From Escherichia phage phi G17, in the sequence record NC_070870.1: a stretch of DNA of 64,000 nucleotides. One strand, written 5' to 3'. Position 1 is the stretch's first letter. Each line of letters opens with the position of its first letter. The position numbers were made by a program, and so were the translations under genes. Shown here in pieces: positions 38,515 to 48,758 of the stretch. The notes under the pieces are model-generated. The model searched no databases, was not told the origin of the DNA, and saw nothing but the letters and a program-made list of their open reading frames with translations.

Positions 38515-39825
38515 TTAGAAAGTTAGACCACCATACTTACTAGCAAGATTGCCATAGAACACTACACGCTTACGAGCACGAGACACAGCGACGTAAAGCA
38601 GTCGAGCAACCATATCAGGTTGGCGACAGCTTGAGAGGTCATCTGCATCAATGAATATTGTGTCGTAAGTAGAGCCTTGTGATTTATGAACAGTACATGC
38701 ATGAGTAGCACGAAGGTCTGGAATGGTTTCTTTAAGACGGAAATATGGTTCCCAGTTCTTCTCTTTACCTAACCACTTAACCAAACGATTGAAGTAGTCT
38801 GGGTCGGTAGGAATTGGGACTTCACTAACAATACCACCATAACCAAGGTCTAGGGTACTATCACGGACTTCTAGTTCCAGGTCGCCTGTAACTTTAATCA
38901 TGCGAGTACTACTATCTTGGTCAATGAGTTTTACGTCTTGTTCGATAGACAGACGGTCTTCCACACCTAAGCGAACGGCTGAGTTAGAGACTAATTGTTC
39001 GCCAATGGAGTATTCTCCCACGTAGCCGTTAGCTTCACGAATGTAGTTATTGTAATTGATAACCTGGTCATTGGTGTAAGCAACAATACGGCTATTGGTT
39101 GGTTGAGTGAAGTGACTGAGAACCAGTTTCTCCATCTCTTCTCCTTGTACCCAGTCAATAATTCCTGGGATACATTTAATAGGCAGGAAGCCTGTCTTAC
39201 CTTCCACCGTATCACGCAATTGCTGGTGCAACGCTTTGAGTTCCGGTGTATCGGTACGCATCTGTTCAGTCAGATAGTGTGTTGGGATATTGCCTGCATA
39301 CACTGGAGACTTATTCTCTTTAACAGGTAGAAGCTGAGAAGCATCACCTACGAATACCAGTTTGCACTGGTGAGTACCTTCACGAGCATACTTAAGTAAC
39401 TGACGGTCAATCATGGATGCTTCGTCTACGAAGATGATTTTGTTCTTCTTAATGGCGAACGATTTAGAAGGTACGACGTTAGCCTCACCAGTCTTAAAGT
39501 CATTCTTAACAATCAATCCCTGGAAGGAATGATAGGTAGAGGTTGGACGTCCAGTAGCTTGAGCCAGAACTTCAGCAGCCTTGTTCGTGGTCGCAGTCAT
39601 TACGACTTCATTATACAGAGGCTTGGTTCCCATCAGAGAGCAAGTTTCCATATATGCAGGCATAGTGTCATCAATGAGGTGCGACATCAGGAATGTCTTA
39701 CCAGTTCCCCCAGGGCCACTGATTCCAAATTCTGAGGCATTAGGGTCGAGCAGGAAGTCGAAGAACTCCTTCGCAACCGCTTCTTGCCCCTGGTTCAATG
39801 GGGCTTTGGTAGGTTTGGAAAACAT
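38515..39825 (-). CDS. SF1 DNA helicase (Dda/RecD-like)
   Basis: Walker A GPGGTGKT, Walker B FVDEASM, motif V/VI HACTVHKSQGSTYDT and AVSRARKRVVFYG. Confidence 0.8.
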   Translation of the reverse strand: MFSKPTKAPLNQGQEAVAKEFFDFLLDPNASEFGISGPGGTGKTFLMSHLIDDTMPAYMETCSLMGTKPLYNEVVMTATTNKAAEVLAQATGRPTSTYHSFQGLIVKNDFKTGEANVVPSKSFAIKKNKIIFVDEASMIDRQLLKYAREGTHQCKLVFVGDASQLLPVKENKSPVYAGNIPTHYLTEQMRTDTPELKALHQQLRDTVEGKTGFLPIKCIPGIIDWVQGEEMEKLVLSHFTQPTNSRIVAYTNDQVINYNNYIREANGYVGEYSIGEQLVSNSAVRLGVEDRLSIEQDVKLIDQDSSTRMIKVTGDLELEVRDSTLDLGYGGIVSEVPIPTDPDYFNRLVKWLGKEKNWEPYFRLKETIPDLRATHACTVHKSQGSTYDTIFIDADDLSSCRQPDMVARLLYVAVSRARKRVVFYGNLASKYGGLTF

Positions 39826-39844
39826 TTAAATCTCCAGTAAAAAA

Positions 39845-39869
39845 CCCTCCGTAGAGGGTTAGATGTAAG
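39845..39869 (-). terminator. terminator/attenuator hairpin (minus orientation)
   Basis: Minus strand AACCCTC-TACG-GAGGGTT followed by TTTTTAC; overlaps stop of upstream gene. Confidence 0.35.
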
Positions 39870-40320
39870 GTTTTAAATCTGGGGGAGTGTAATCTTTCCC
39901 CTTCATGACTTTCTTATTCTCGTTGAAGATAGGTTCCCCATCTTCGAACTTAGAATAGTTTGAGCGATTGACTTCAGCCAATGCTCCCGGGACATTCATC
40001 CCAAGGAAAGTACCGACGCCTGTTGCTGTAACAATCTGATCAGCAAGGCTATCAAGGATAGCTAAACGATGGCTGTTCGGTGCATATACCTCTTTGTCAT
40101 CTTTTTTCATTAAATCAGACAGTTTAGTTAATGCTGTAATAGCATTATGAAGAGTATTGTAAGCATCTTCTGAGTTAGAAACTAACTCGTCGAGCATCTC
40201 AACTACTTCTTCCAGATGGCAACCAATCTGGGTACTAATATTCTTACTCGTCGGATTCGATACGGCTTTTAGAAACCATTGCCGTGTGTTTTCCAGCGTA
40301 CAAACGGATGAACTTGTCAT
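39859..40320 (-). CDS. hypothetical protein, possibly MazG-like all-alpha NTP pyrophosphohydrolase
   Basis: 153 aa; HLEEVVEMLDEL resembles the E-E-x-x-E metal-binding helix of MazG-like enzymes; weak. Confidence 0.3.
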   Translation of the reverse strand: MTSSSVCTLENTRQWFLKAVSNPTSKNISTQIGCHLEEVVEMLDELVSNSEDAYNTLHNAITALTKLSDLMKKDDKEVYAPNSHRLAILDSLADQIVTATGVGTFLGMNVPGALAEVNRSNYSKFEDGEPIFNENKKVMKGKDYTPPDLKPYI

Positions 40321-40639
40321 GCTCGCTCTCTTGGTTAAGGTGGCGATTATTATATGCCTCCAGAATCAAGTCCCTTACATATGAGCGAATCTCATAAGCA
40401 GGACCAACTTGCTCTGATAGCCAATCTGCCACATGGGTTGGTAATGGTCGGAGTACATTCTCCATGAACGTCCGACGTGTGTCGGCTGGTTCAATGTTTA
40501 AAGAACGCAACCGTAAGGTCACGGTCGTTGGGTGAACACCCAATGTTTTAGCAATGGTTGCCAGAGACAATCCAACAGCATTCATTCGAATGATGTCTTC
40601 ATCAGTAGCCTTACGGTTTACACGATATACATTACTCAT
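40244..40639 (-). CDS. putative helix-turn-helix DNA-binding protein
   Basis: LSLATIAKTLGVHPTTVTLRLRSL HTH-like segment; start set to internal Met (MSNVYRV). Confidence 0.4.
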   Translation of the reverse strand: MSNVYRVNRKATDEDIIRMNAVGLSLATIAKTLGVHPTTVTLRLRSLNIEPADTRRTFMENVLRPLPTHVADWLSEQVGPAYEIRSYVRDLILEAYNNRHLNQESEHDKFIRLYAGKHTAMVSKSRIESDE

Positions 40640-40701
40640 AGTACATTTCCTCTTCAAATTTACCCTCACTTTATTACAAGTGAGGGCATTTGAACAGGCT
40701 A

Positions 40702-42747
40702 TTACTTAGCAGCTTTGGTCAGCTTGGTAGCTAACTTAGCTTCTTCTTCAGTCAGACCCATTGCAGTGAATGACTTCTTAGCAGCACGCTTGTAGTCTTG
40801 CAGAGCATGGCCTTTCTGATAGTCGGAGTACGACGTATCGTTCAGGATGCTACGCAGGTTATCAGCGTGTTTACCAGACGGTGCTACCTTGGTGGCAGTA
40901 GCCGAGCGAGAAACCTTAGCTTTCTTCGCTGGTTCAGTCTTTGGTGCAGGTGTACGGGTACTACGAATAGCAGCAATAGCATCCACAACATCATTGTTAA
41001 CACCGAAAGCAGCCCAAGGCTTACGAGCTTTACTTCGCAGTTCCACCAGTAGGTCGGCAACAGGCAACGCATCTTCCAGTGTAGTTGCAGCTTTGAACTC
41101 TTCAACGAGTTCCCGGATTTGTTCTTTCACAGTAGGAGCCTTCTTAATAACAGGTTTAAGGTCAGTAGCCTTCACTGGTTCGGAAGCTACAGCTTCATTC
41201 AGTGACTCTTCCATATTCAGTGCTTCTTTGTTAGCAACAGTACGGAATTGTTCTACGGAACCAGATGAGAGATTGGTGTATTTGAGGTTAGTTCCACGAT
41301 GCCCACCAACCATAACAAGTGTGGTAGGTGAACTATGGTTCCCAACGATGACATCATTGAGTAACTTCTTGCCTACTTCTGTATTAGACAGATAGATACC
41401 ATTGTTAACGTTATTACGTTCCTCTTCCGGCAGTTCAGCAATAATGTGATACGCAGCTACACGCATCTTATTGGTGTTGTATTCAGGAACAGCAAATACA
41501 TCTTCTGGTGCTACTTTACCGAGGATAGTTACATCACCGCTGAAGGTGCGGATATAGCTCATGGATGCTACATGCAGACCATTGGAGCAGTCCTGACGGC
41601 GGTCGGGGTCTACCAGGTCTTCGCGTACCTGTACTTTACAGCCTACCCACTGACGGATGTTGCCTGAGTGACAGTCAACATATACACGTTTACCATCTTC
41701 CGTACCTTTAGACCGAAGGCGTTTCAGGAACAGGATAGAGCCATCATCAGCAATAGGTAGTTCAGCTGTTTCCATGAACTTCATCAGGTCTTCCACTGAA
41801 TGCAGACGGTCTTTAATAACCGGAGCCAGACGCTCAAGGAACCTGGTAAAGCCCTTGTAGTCCTTCAGCTTGGCAGATTGACGCAAGTGACGTTGCAGGT
41901 TCTCAACTCCAGGGATAACCCCATCGTTGGTAACAGCAACAACCACTTCATCTTCCTTCACATCAGTGTGGAAGTTGGCGTCATCGGTACTAATAGCCCC
42001 CAATGCAGTTAGCTTCTCAGAAGCAGCAGCCAGTTTATCCTGGTTCGTAACTTTATCCTCTTCTACGTAAGGTAGAGGGGTTTCCTCACGATTGGTAAAT
42101 ACAATTTGTACGCCTTTGATGTTCCGGGCTTGTTTAGCAAACTCACCCATTTCATCATCAGATACCCCACGAATTGCAATAGGCCATTCCTGTGCAAGAA
42201 TGTTGTTGGTGTGGTAATAACCCCAACCCAGCACATCGTTAATAAAACGAACCAGTGCAGTATGGTTATGGTCTTTATCCCAGCCGGTAACCCACATCAG
42301 ATTGTCGCGTTTGTCACGCCAACCCTCTGATACAGTTACTACTGGTTCATTAGCCTGTACAGCCAGGAAGGTATCCATAGCGTTAGACACTAATGTCTTA
42401 GTGGGACTGCCAAGCTTAATATCTGAAACGATACGGGTAGGAGGAGTACCCGTGCCATCTTCGAAGAACTCTTTAAGTTTAGCTTTAGCTACTTTAAAGA
42501 AGCGGACGAACCCATTAGTGCTCTTCTCTGCTTCCAGATATTCAGTACGCAGATCTACTTCTGGTGCAATGTTTACTTCTATCAGGTCTTGGGTAGTTCC
42601 CAGACCTTTGATTTGTGCTTCAGATACAATACGAGCAACCCGTGGGTCGCTCTGAGGATATACAACTGTGGAGCCGTCAGGCTTCCACAATGTGAGGTTA
42701 CGACTGTCAACTGCCAGTGCGATGATAGAAATCAGCTCGATTTTCAT
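40702..42747 (-). CDS. rIIB: rIIB-like protein (by position next to rIIA-like gene)
   Basis: 681 aa; immediately downstream of rIIA-like gene with 4-nt gap; no strong motif recognised. Confidence 0.35.
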   Translation of the reverse strand: MKIELISIIALAVDSRNLTLWKPDGSTVVYPQSDPRVARIVSEAQIKGLGTTQDLIEVNIAPEVDLRTEYLEAEKSTNGFVRFFKVAKAKLKEFFEDGTGTPPTRIVSDIKLGSPTKTLVSNAMDTFLAVQANEPVVTVSEGWRDKRDNLMWVTGWDKDHNHTALVRFINDVLGWGYYHTNNILAQEWPIAIRGVSDDEMGEFAKQARNIKGVQIVFTNREETPLPYVEEDKVTNQDKLAAASEKLTALGAISTDDANFHTDVKEDEVVVAVTNDGVIPGVENLQRHLRQSAKLKDYKGFTRFLERLAPVIKDRLHSVEDLMKFMETAELPIADDGSILFLKRLRSKGTEDGKRVYVDCHSGNIRQWVGCKVQVREDLVDPDRRQDCSNGLHVASMSYIRTFSGDVTILGKVAPEDVFAVPEYNTNKMRVAAYHIIAELPEEERNNVNNGIYLSNTEVGKKLLNDVIVGNHSSPTTLVMVGGHRGTNLKYTNLSSGSVEQFRTVANKEALNMEESLNEAVASEPVKATDLKPVIKKAPTVKEQIRELVEEFKAATTLEDALPVADLLVELRSKARKPWAAFGVNNDVVDAIAAIRSTRTPAPKTEPAKKAKVSRSATATKVAPSGKHADNLRSILNDTSYSDYQKGHALQDYKRAAKKSFTAMGLTEEEAKLATKLTKAAK

Positions 42748-42751
42748 CAGA

Positions 42752-45316
42752 TTAGTTACCTTTCAGTTTATTTAGACGATTACGGTAGAGGGACTTAAAC
42801 CCAGGAATATCCTCTGGGTGTTTCTTGAGATACCTGACTAAGCTAGTCAAGTCCAGGTTTTGCAGGATGTCATCCTGTTTCCAGCTATAACAAAATAAAT
42901 TTTTGTACTTGCTGAGTATTTCGTAATGTTTATGATTATGTGGGTTAGTCATTGTCATGTATGGCACTAAGTCTTCCTCTGACTTAATGTACCCCATTTC
43001 AATGAGCTTCCTCTCTTTACTCCGATGATTTCTTAGGAAATCATACGCCCATTCATACTCTGGATTAAAAATCAGATTTTGTAGTGGTTTGAATGTTAGA
43101 CCAAGAATATCGAGGATTTCCCAATACTCTCTGTCATCCAATCCTGTGTGCTCAGTAATACCAATACGCTGTTCAGTGACATACTTCTTGAATCCCTTAC
43201 TGGTAATAACCGACATCAGTTCACTAAAGCGAACATCGTCAATGTGAATAGCACCACGTCGTTTAGCCTTGTTAACTTCGATTTGATTGCGACAGACAAC
43301 AGTCTCTGCTTTCATCTCATCGGACAACTCATACCATTTCCACATGGTTCCAATTTGGGCATTATCTGGTCTACCAGAACCAACCTGATTGGCTAGTACG
43401 TAGTACTTAGGCATCTCCACTTCAACGAATCGAGGTTCTGCATGGTATCTTGGGTCAGCAAATTCACTCTGAATGTAAGGTTTAGTTTCCCAATCACCAT
43501 TACTATTTCGTACAGGAGTAGTACCAAGTACAGCATTCAATGAAACCAGGGCATTAGTTTTACCACCTGCTTTGGTTTTATTTTCAGCTATAGTTTTAGC
43601 CCGTTTAGCAGCAGCTATTTTAGCCTGTTCCTTACGGAAGTTAGTTGGCTTGTCCCACTCATTATATTGAGTAAGGTCAATTACCCGATAACCCATAGCA
43701 GTGAACTTAGCTACAGCTTTTTCTGCTTCGCCTTTCTTAGGACTAACCACATGAACAAAAGCTGTACGCTCCAAGTCACCTCGATTGTATTCAGGGAAGT
43801 ACGAGAAAGAATCTGCACAGTCAGATAAACGTCTGGTAACTACAACGTTTTTGGTAGTGAATATGCCAATACCTTTATGGCAGTCGTAATCCGTCTTAAA
43901 GTAGGTAACAAGATTGCTCTTCTCTAAGCTAACACAGTTACCTTGGTTCATGATGTAGCCAGACCACTTAACACCAGATGCTTTTAATTTAGCAAGCTGA
44001 GGTAAATGCAAATGACGATACACCAATTCCTGGAAAGGATAGTATGTACCCTCTTCACGCGTTTCCTTAAGAGCACTCATGGCTTTACCATACAGTTTCT
44101 TAAGACCTGCATATTCAGGACGAGCCAGTAATGTTTTATTGGATAGGTTACGCCAATGCTTAATATAATGCTTACGCTGCTTAGCCCACAAGCTAGAGGA
44201 CATATAGTGTTGAACAGTTCTGTCTGTAACAGCACGCAGGAAAGATGGATATTCCCAGTAACGAGTAGAAGATTCGGAGGCATATTCTTCAACCTGCTTA
44301 ATAGCTTCAGGAATCTTAGCCTTAATCTCTTTCTCCATACGGTCTACTAAATCTACACATAGAGTAGTAATACCATCGTCGGTTAACTTCTGGTTAGACA
44401 AAGTTTCTCGACTAGGAGCAATAGCTAAGGTATCTGGTGCAGCCTGAACTACTAAAGTGCCAGCACCAATGATATTCATGAAGTTGAGGATAAGACCTAC
44501 AGCCTCTTCACTAGCTGGGCTGGATACTACTGGGTACATTACATTACCGTAGCGAACAAAGATGTTACTGTTGCCCATATAGTTCTGATACCAGCTATCA
44601 GACAAATCATATGAACCAGGTTCGAATGACATACCTAATGTACCCAGAAGAGTGTAGTCACCCTGTGTAATACTATTACCTGTTTCAACCCGATTGAGTT
44701 TAGGAGTACTAAGTTCAGCCTTAATCTCACCGTTAAATACGATGGATTTAATGTACTGAATAAAGGTATCTAAATCTCGCTTACCTAACTGGAATTTAAC
44801 TTCCAGACCGGATTCCTTAGTTGGAATACCAGTAACAATAGGAATAATACCCGGTTTGCCGTCATTCTCAATTGCAGCCTTAGCTACGTTATATACCGAC
44901 ATCTTTCCTTGGTTCCATGAAGTAACCTGGAAGCTATCTGTATAAGCGAATGGGGACTTACATCCCAGACCAAATCCACCAGTAACACTACTGTTGGACT
45001 TCTTGGTAGATGCACCATAGACACCATAAATGGAACCAATGAGTTCATCTGGGATACCGTTACCAAAGTCACGGAAGGTAATAAAGTGGTCTGTATCAAT
45101 GGTAATACGGATAGGAATATCAGTCTTACCTGCTTCAATATGAGCATCCCAACTGTTACAGATAGTCTCACGGACTACTGCCAGGGTAGGATTGTTATAT
45201 AGGGAAGTACTTAATACGTGAAAGAATGCCGGGTCATCAGAGATGCCAAAGGCGATTGCTTCTTTACCACCCAGTGTCGCTGAAGTGGCTGATTGATTGG
45301 TATCTGCAACTAACAT
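42752..45316 (-). CDS. rIIA: rIIA-like protein with GHKL-type ATPase fold
   Basis: 854 aa; N-terminal ICNSWDAH (N box), DFGNGIP (G1), GGFGLG (G2) as in histidine-kinase-like ATPases found in rIIA. Confidence 0.55.
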   Translation of the reverse strand: MLVADTNQSATSATLGGKEAIAFGISDDPAFFHVLSTSLYNNPTLAVVRETICNSWDAHIEAGKTDIPIRITIDTDHFITFRDFGNGIPDELIGSIYGVYGASTKKSNSSVTGGFGLGCKSPFAYTDSFQVTSWNQGKMSVYNVAKAAIENDGKPGIIPIVTGIPTKESGLEVKFQLGKRDLDTFIQYIKSIVFNGEIKAELSTPKLNRVETGNSITQGDYTLLGTLGMSFEPGSYDLSDSWYQNYMGNSNIFVRYGNVMYPVVSSPASEEAVGLILNFMNIIGAGTLVVQAAPDTLAIAPSRETLSNQKLTDDGITTLCVDLVDRMEKEIKAKIPEAIKQVEEYASESSTRYWEYPSFLRAVTDRTVQHYMSSSLWAKQRKHYIKHWRNLSNKTLLARPEYAGLKKLYGKAMSALKETREEGTYYPFQELVYRHLHLPQLAKLKASGVKWSGYIMNQGNCVSLEKSNLVTYFKTDYDCHKGIGIFTTKNVVVTRRLSDCADSFSYFPEYNRGDLERTAFVHVVSPKKGEAEKAVAKFTAMGYRVIDLTQYNEWDKPTNFRKEQAKIAAAKRAKTIAENKTKAGGKTNALVSLNAVLGTTPVRNSNGDWETKPYIQSEFADPRYHAEPRFVEVEMPKYYVLANQVGSGRPDNAQIGTMWKWYELSDEMKAETVVCRNQIEVNKAKRRGAIHIDDVRFSELMSVITSKGFKKYVTEQRIGITEHTGLDDREYWEILDILGLTFKPLQNLIFNPEYEWAYDFLRNHRSKERKLIEMGYIKSEEDLVPYMTMTNPHNHKHYEILSKYKNLFCYSWKQDDILQNLDLTSLVRYLKKHPEDIPGFKSLYRNRLNKLKGN

Positions 45317-45449
45317 TTATTTACTCTCCAGTTTAAATGTTGCTTATAGGAAAAGACTTAATACAACTACGGAAATACCTATGGCTGTACCGTATGTACC
45401 TAATAATTCATTAAGTAAGTAGGGTAGAGCCATGAAATAGTTGAATACT

Positions 45450-45782
45450 TCAGCCATTGCGTTTACTTGCCATTGCTTGAAGGACGAATACAGCTATATC
45501 ACTTGCAGTGTCATCAGTAAGTTCCTCCACTGAATAGTGACTTTCACCATCAAGTTCACCATTTTGCCATTCATCCAGCATACGCTGCACTTCAGCTAAT
45601 CCAGCCTGAATCATTTCCTTGCTTGGTTCCAGCCATAATTTACGTTCCTCTGCCAGTGCAGCAATGCACATACACAGTGAAGCGATGTTAGCCGGACAAG
45701 CAGCAATATCACCAGTGAGAGCTATCTCACTTAAAGGTTTAGATTCCCCAGTTTGGGCCAGTATAACTTCAGGATTAATCAC
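45450..45782 (-). CDS. hypothetical protein
   Basis: 110 aa ORF. Confidence 0.35.
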   Translation of the reverse strand: MINPEVILAQTGESKPLSEIALTGDIAACPANIASLCMCIAALAEERKLWLEPSKEMIQAGLAEVQRMLDEWQNGELDGESHYSVEELTDDTASDIAVFVLQAMASKRNG

Positions 45783-45990
45783 GTATTTGCTCCAGGTTAT
45801 GAGTAGGAATAGGGAAGAACGGATAGTCCCCAGTAGGGTCTAAGGTTACGGACACATGATGAATACCAGTAATCTGGGACATGCTAATAGCAGTGTCGAA
45901 ATCATCCTGTGTACAGGCGTAAACAACATCACCTTTATTGACTTGTGGGTCCATTACAGGTGTGTCTTTGATACGGTATTTAGCAGGCAT
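45775..45990 (-). CDS. hypothetical small protein
   Basis: 71 aa ORF. Confidence 0.3.
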   Translation of the reverse strand: MPAKYRIKDTPVMDPQVNKGDVVYACTQDDFDTAISMSQITGIHHVSVTLDPTGDYPFFPIPTHNLEQIRD

Positions 45991-45999
45991 ACTATTTCC

Positions 46000-46254
46000 T
46001 TATTTTTTATAAATAAAAGGATTTCTGTAATCCCAGGCTCTATTAAGTTTTTCCAGCTTAAACCCTGCATAACCTGATTCTTTAGACAGGGTTTCTTCTG
46101 CAATATCTACTGCGTTAATCGTGCATAAACGCCCATCTATACAGATGTTTTTGAAACTGCCAGTGGATTCCCTGTATAGTCCATTGGAATCTTTCTCCAA
46201 CATAGTTGCATACCAACTTGCCATAAGTCCTCCTGGGGCAGTAATTGAAACCAA
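46000..46254 (-). CDS. hypothetical small protein
   Basis: 84 aa ORF. Confidence 0.3.
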   Translation of the reverse strand: MVSITAPGGLMASWYATMLEKDSNGLYRESTGSFKNICIDGRLCTINAVDIAEETLSKESGYAGFKLEKLNRAWDYRNPFIYKK

Positions 46255-46279
46255 AAAAAGACCTCCCGGAGGAGGTCTT
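46252..46279 (-). terminator. rho-independent terminator (minus orientation)
   Basis: 9-bp stem AAGACCTCC / GGAGGTCTT with CGGA loop; A7 on plus strand gives T7 after the hairpin on minus strand. Confidence 0.65.
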
Positions 46280-46283
46280 AGGT

Positions 46284-46523
46284 TTACTTACGATTCCGTC
46301 CTACGAAGAATTGTAATAGACGTTCCTCAGCATCATCCTGTTCCTTGGTGGCTACATAGTCGCGTGCATAGTAATACACACACCATAAGCCAAGAACACA
46401 TGCAGAGAAACGGGCTACTACGAAGAACATCTCTTCCAGGCTCTGTGCACCATGTAGTGCAAATACAAATTCCAGAACCAGGATGATACTTATAATCATT
46501 GCTTGGATAGCTAAACGTTTCAT
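46284..46523 (-). CDS. small membrane protein (two predicted TM helices)
   Basis: 79 aa; IQAMIISIILVLEFVFAL and SACVLGLWCVYYYA hydrophobic segments. Confidence 0.4.
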   Translation of the reverse strand: MKRLAIQAMIISIILVLEFVFALHGAQSLEEMFFVVARFSACVLGLWCVYYYARDYVATKEQDDAEERLLQFFVGRNRK

Positions 46524-47464
46524 TCTGTAATTGTTTCTCCGGGTATTAGTTTCCTAAATTGGATGAAATCCAGTAAGTTGCCTGAATACAGCTTACCTTC
46601 ACGATCCATTGAAGTAACACCCTGTTCCCAGGTTAATGGGTTCTGGTTGTTAATGAACTTATCACCGAACAGCATAGGAGTTGCCTGGTGTTCAGTAGGG
46701 GATGCATGAATAGGTTGGTCTTCAACTAACTTAGCAAACAATCCTAAGTCCTCTTCAATAGTAGAAGGACGGCCTTCGAAATTGTTGTAAGAAGCACGAG
46801 CACAGCGAGCAGCACTTACTTTAAGAAGTAAGCCATACACTTCTGTAGCACTTGGTTCATCACGAGTAATTCGTTGATGTTTGCAATGAGAGTAAGCAGC
46901 ACTACGGTCAGGAAAGCCGATGTAAGGCAGATGCCACTCACCTTGGGACAGCTTAGATGGAACACTTTCATTATGAGCCTTACGCATTGCTTGAGCCAAT
47001 TCACGAATCTCTGGCTGTGCATCCTTATGGTCACGCAAGCCATAGAAGTTAGCCCAGCTAGTTGAGGTTACCACTACACGGATATGTGTGAATGGCTCCA
47101 GAATACGGTTAACAATCTGCTTATGTACTTGCCCACGACGTAGTTGTTCAGCATATACAGCAGCAGCAGATGCAGCGTTATCCCAGATAAACTTAGCATC
47201 CTCAATCTCCATAGGAGTGAGTTCTTCATCTGCTTGCATACCTTTCTGGTTCTTGCCCCAGTGACTTGGCATCACTGGTTCATTACGAACCTGTTCAATG
47301 AATTTAGAAGTAGGAATAGCACGACTGCTTGAAGCATTACGGTTGAATACACGGTGGGTCATAAACTCACTGTGGATGAATCGGGGATAGACCAATTCAA
47401 AGGTAGTAATACGAGTACCCGTTGCATGATGAACGGAATCTGCAATGACAGTTGCCTTAATCAT
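46520..47464 (-). CDS. thyX: flavin-dependent thymidylate synthase (ThyX)
   Basis: EFMTHRVFNRNASSSR matches the ThyX signature (R/T-H-R-x7-S-x-R). Confidence 0.7.
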   Translation of the reverse strand: MIKATVIADSVHHATGTRITTFELVYPRFIHSEFMTHRVFNRNASSSRAIPTSKFIEQVRNEPVMPSHWGKNQKGMQADEELTPMEIEDAKFIWDNAASAAAVYAEQLRRGQVHKQIVNRILEPFTHIRVVVTSTSWANFYGLRDHKDAQPEIRELAQAMRKAHNESVPSKLSQGEWHLPYIGFPDRSAAYSHCKHQRITRDEPSATEVYGLLLKVSAARCARASYNNFEGRPSTIEEDLGLFAKLVEDQPIHASPTEHQATPMLFGDKFINNQNPLTWEQGVTSMDREGKLYSGNLLDFIQFRKLIPGETITE

Positions 47465-47907
47465 TAGAATGACCTTAGATAGTTGGTAATACCACTACGG
47501 TTTTCTGTAATCCTCTTGGCCTGAACATATACCAGCTTAAACTCACTACGGGGTAGTTCCTGTAATACTGCTATACCTTCAGTAAGAGCCACAGAACACG
47601 CTACAGCGGTTTCTTCTTTAAAGGAGTACAAGTCTTCATACATGAGGGCTTCATACTCTTTACGGAGCATACAGAGAGCATCTCTTGCCTTATCACTTAC
47701 TTCTTGTGAACCAGCAGACATAGCTAAGCTGTATATGATAAAGACTTGTTCGAAAACAAAGTCCAGTAATCTATCAGGGGTGTTAGTACCCATGAATAAT
47801 TTTGTTGTGTAGGAACGAGCTTTACGGTTGAGTACATACTCATCCTCTATGCCTTTCTTATAAAGAACAGGGTTTCGTTCCCTTTTTCGTAGGAATGGAA
47901 TACGCAT
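47464..47907 (-). CDS. hypothetical protein
   Basis: 147 aa ORF, start overlaps ThyX gene end. Confidence 0.4.
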   Translation of the reverse strand: MRIPFLRKRERNPVLYKKGIEDEYVLNRKARSYTTKLFMGTNTPDRLLDFVFEQVFIIYSLAMSAGSQEVSDKARDALCMLRKEYEALMYEDLYSFKEETAVACSVALTEGIAVLQELPRSEFKLVYVQAKRITENRSGITNYLRSF

Positions 47908-47926
47908 TAGTAAGTCTTTCCTAGTA

Positions 47927-47955
47927 AATAAAAAAGCCCACGGGTTAGGTGGGCT
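47927..47955 (-). terminator. rho-independent terminator (minus orientation)
   Basis: AGCCCAC / GTGGGCT stem; plus-strand A-run gives T-run after hairpin on minus strand. Confidence 0.55.
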
Positions 47956-48035
47956 TGGGTTAGGAGATGGATAAGCAATGAGCTGGAAGTAACTTCCACA
48001 AATAGCCCTACTAGAGGGCTATTCAGGTAAGTTAC

Positions 48036-48242
48036 TTATTCAGCTTCTGCTTCAGGCTTAGCTCCAGACAGTGCTTTAGCTACATTACGACGAACAGAGT
48101 CGTAACCTACTTCAGTTCGTAGAAGAGAGCCGTCAACAAAAGCAATATCTGCTTTTCCGTCATCGCTGCATTGTACTGTTACTACGTTTGCTGCAACTAC
48201 TGTAAACTTACGACCATTTGCTTTGGTAGTGAATACTGACAT
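48036..48242 (-). CDS. hypothetical small protein
   Basis: 68 aa ORF. Confidence 0.3.
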   Translation of the reverse strand: MSVFTTKANGRKFTVVAANVVTVQCSDDGKADIAFVDGSLLRTEVGYDSVRRNVAKALSGAKPEAEAE

Positions 48243-48251
48243 GTTGTTTCC

Positions 48252-48758
48252 TTATTTACTGCTTCTCGCAGCTACTGGTTTGTTTTCCTGGTTATTGTAC
48301 TTGCCTGTGTATGTGGCAGGTTCTTGAACCAGATGAAATAGTACTTGAGCTATCCCGGAACCAGCCGGGATATGTAATTTCTTACGCCCGTGATAGACCA
48401 GTTCAAGGGTAAGATACCCTTTCCATCCTGGTTCTATTACGGTATTGAACACTGATAGTGCACGTCTTGCCCATGTAGACTTATCGTGAACGATAGCTAC
48501 ACAGGACGGGGACATGTTGAACTTCTCAATTGCTGAAGCCAATGCGAATTTACCAAGATGGTGTGATATTTGTTTTCCATCAACGACTTTCACCATTGGA
48601 ATCAACCCAAATAAGCGATAGAAGGTAATGTCCTGCTTTATGCGTATGTCGTAACCAGCTTCACCCAATCCATAGCTTACACCATGCTCGGATACCTTAT
48701 GGTCTGGGACATCCAGCAACTGAGATGAACGATATAGAGAATTACCATTAACAACCAT
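48252..48758 (-). CDS. dcd: dCTP deaminase / dUTPase-fold enzyme
   Basis: 168 aa; GYDIR and IEPGWKGYLTLELVY segments resemble the dCTP deaminase family. Confidence 0.6.
   Translation of the reverse strand: MVVNGNSLYRSSQLLDVPDHKVSEHGVSYGLGEAGYDIRIKQDITFYRLFGLIPMVKVVDGKQISHHLGKFALASAIEKFNMSPSCVAIVHDKSTWARRALSVFNTVIEPGWKGYLTLELVYHGRKKLHIPAGSGIAQVLFHLVQEPATYTGKYNNQENKPVAARSSK

Noticed and set aside
40798-41395. Plus-strand ORFs (84 and 182 aa) inside the rIIB-like gene
   Set aside because: Antisense to a long minus-strand ORF within a uniformly minus-strand operon; Ser/Ala/Arg-rich artefactual composition
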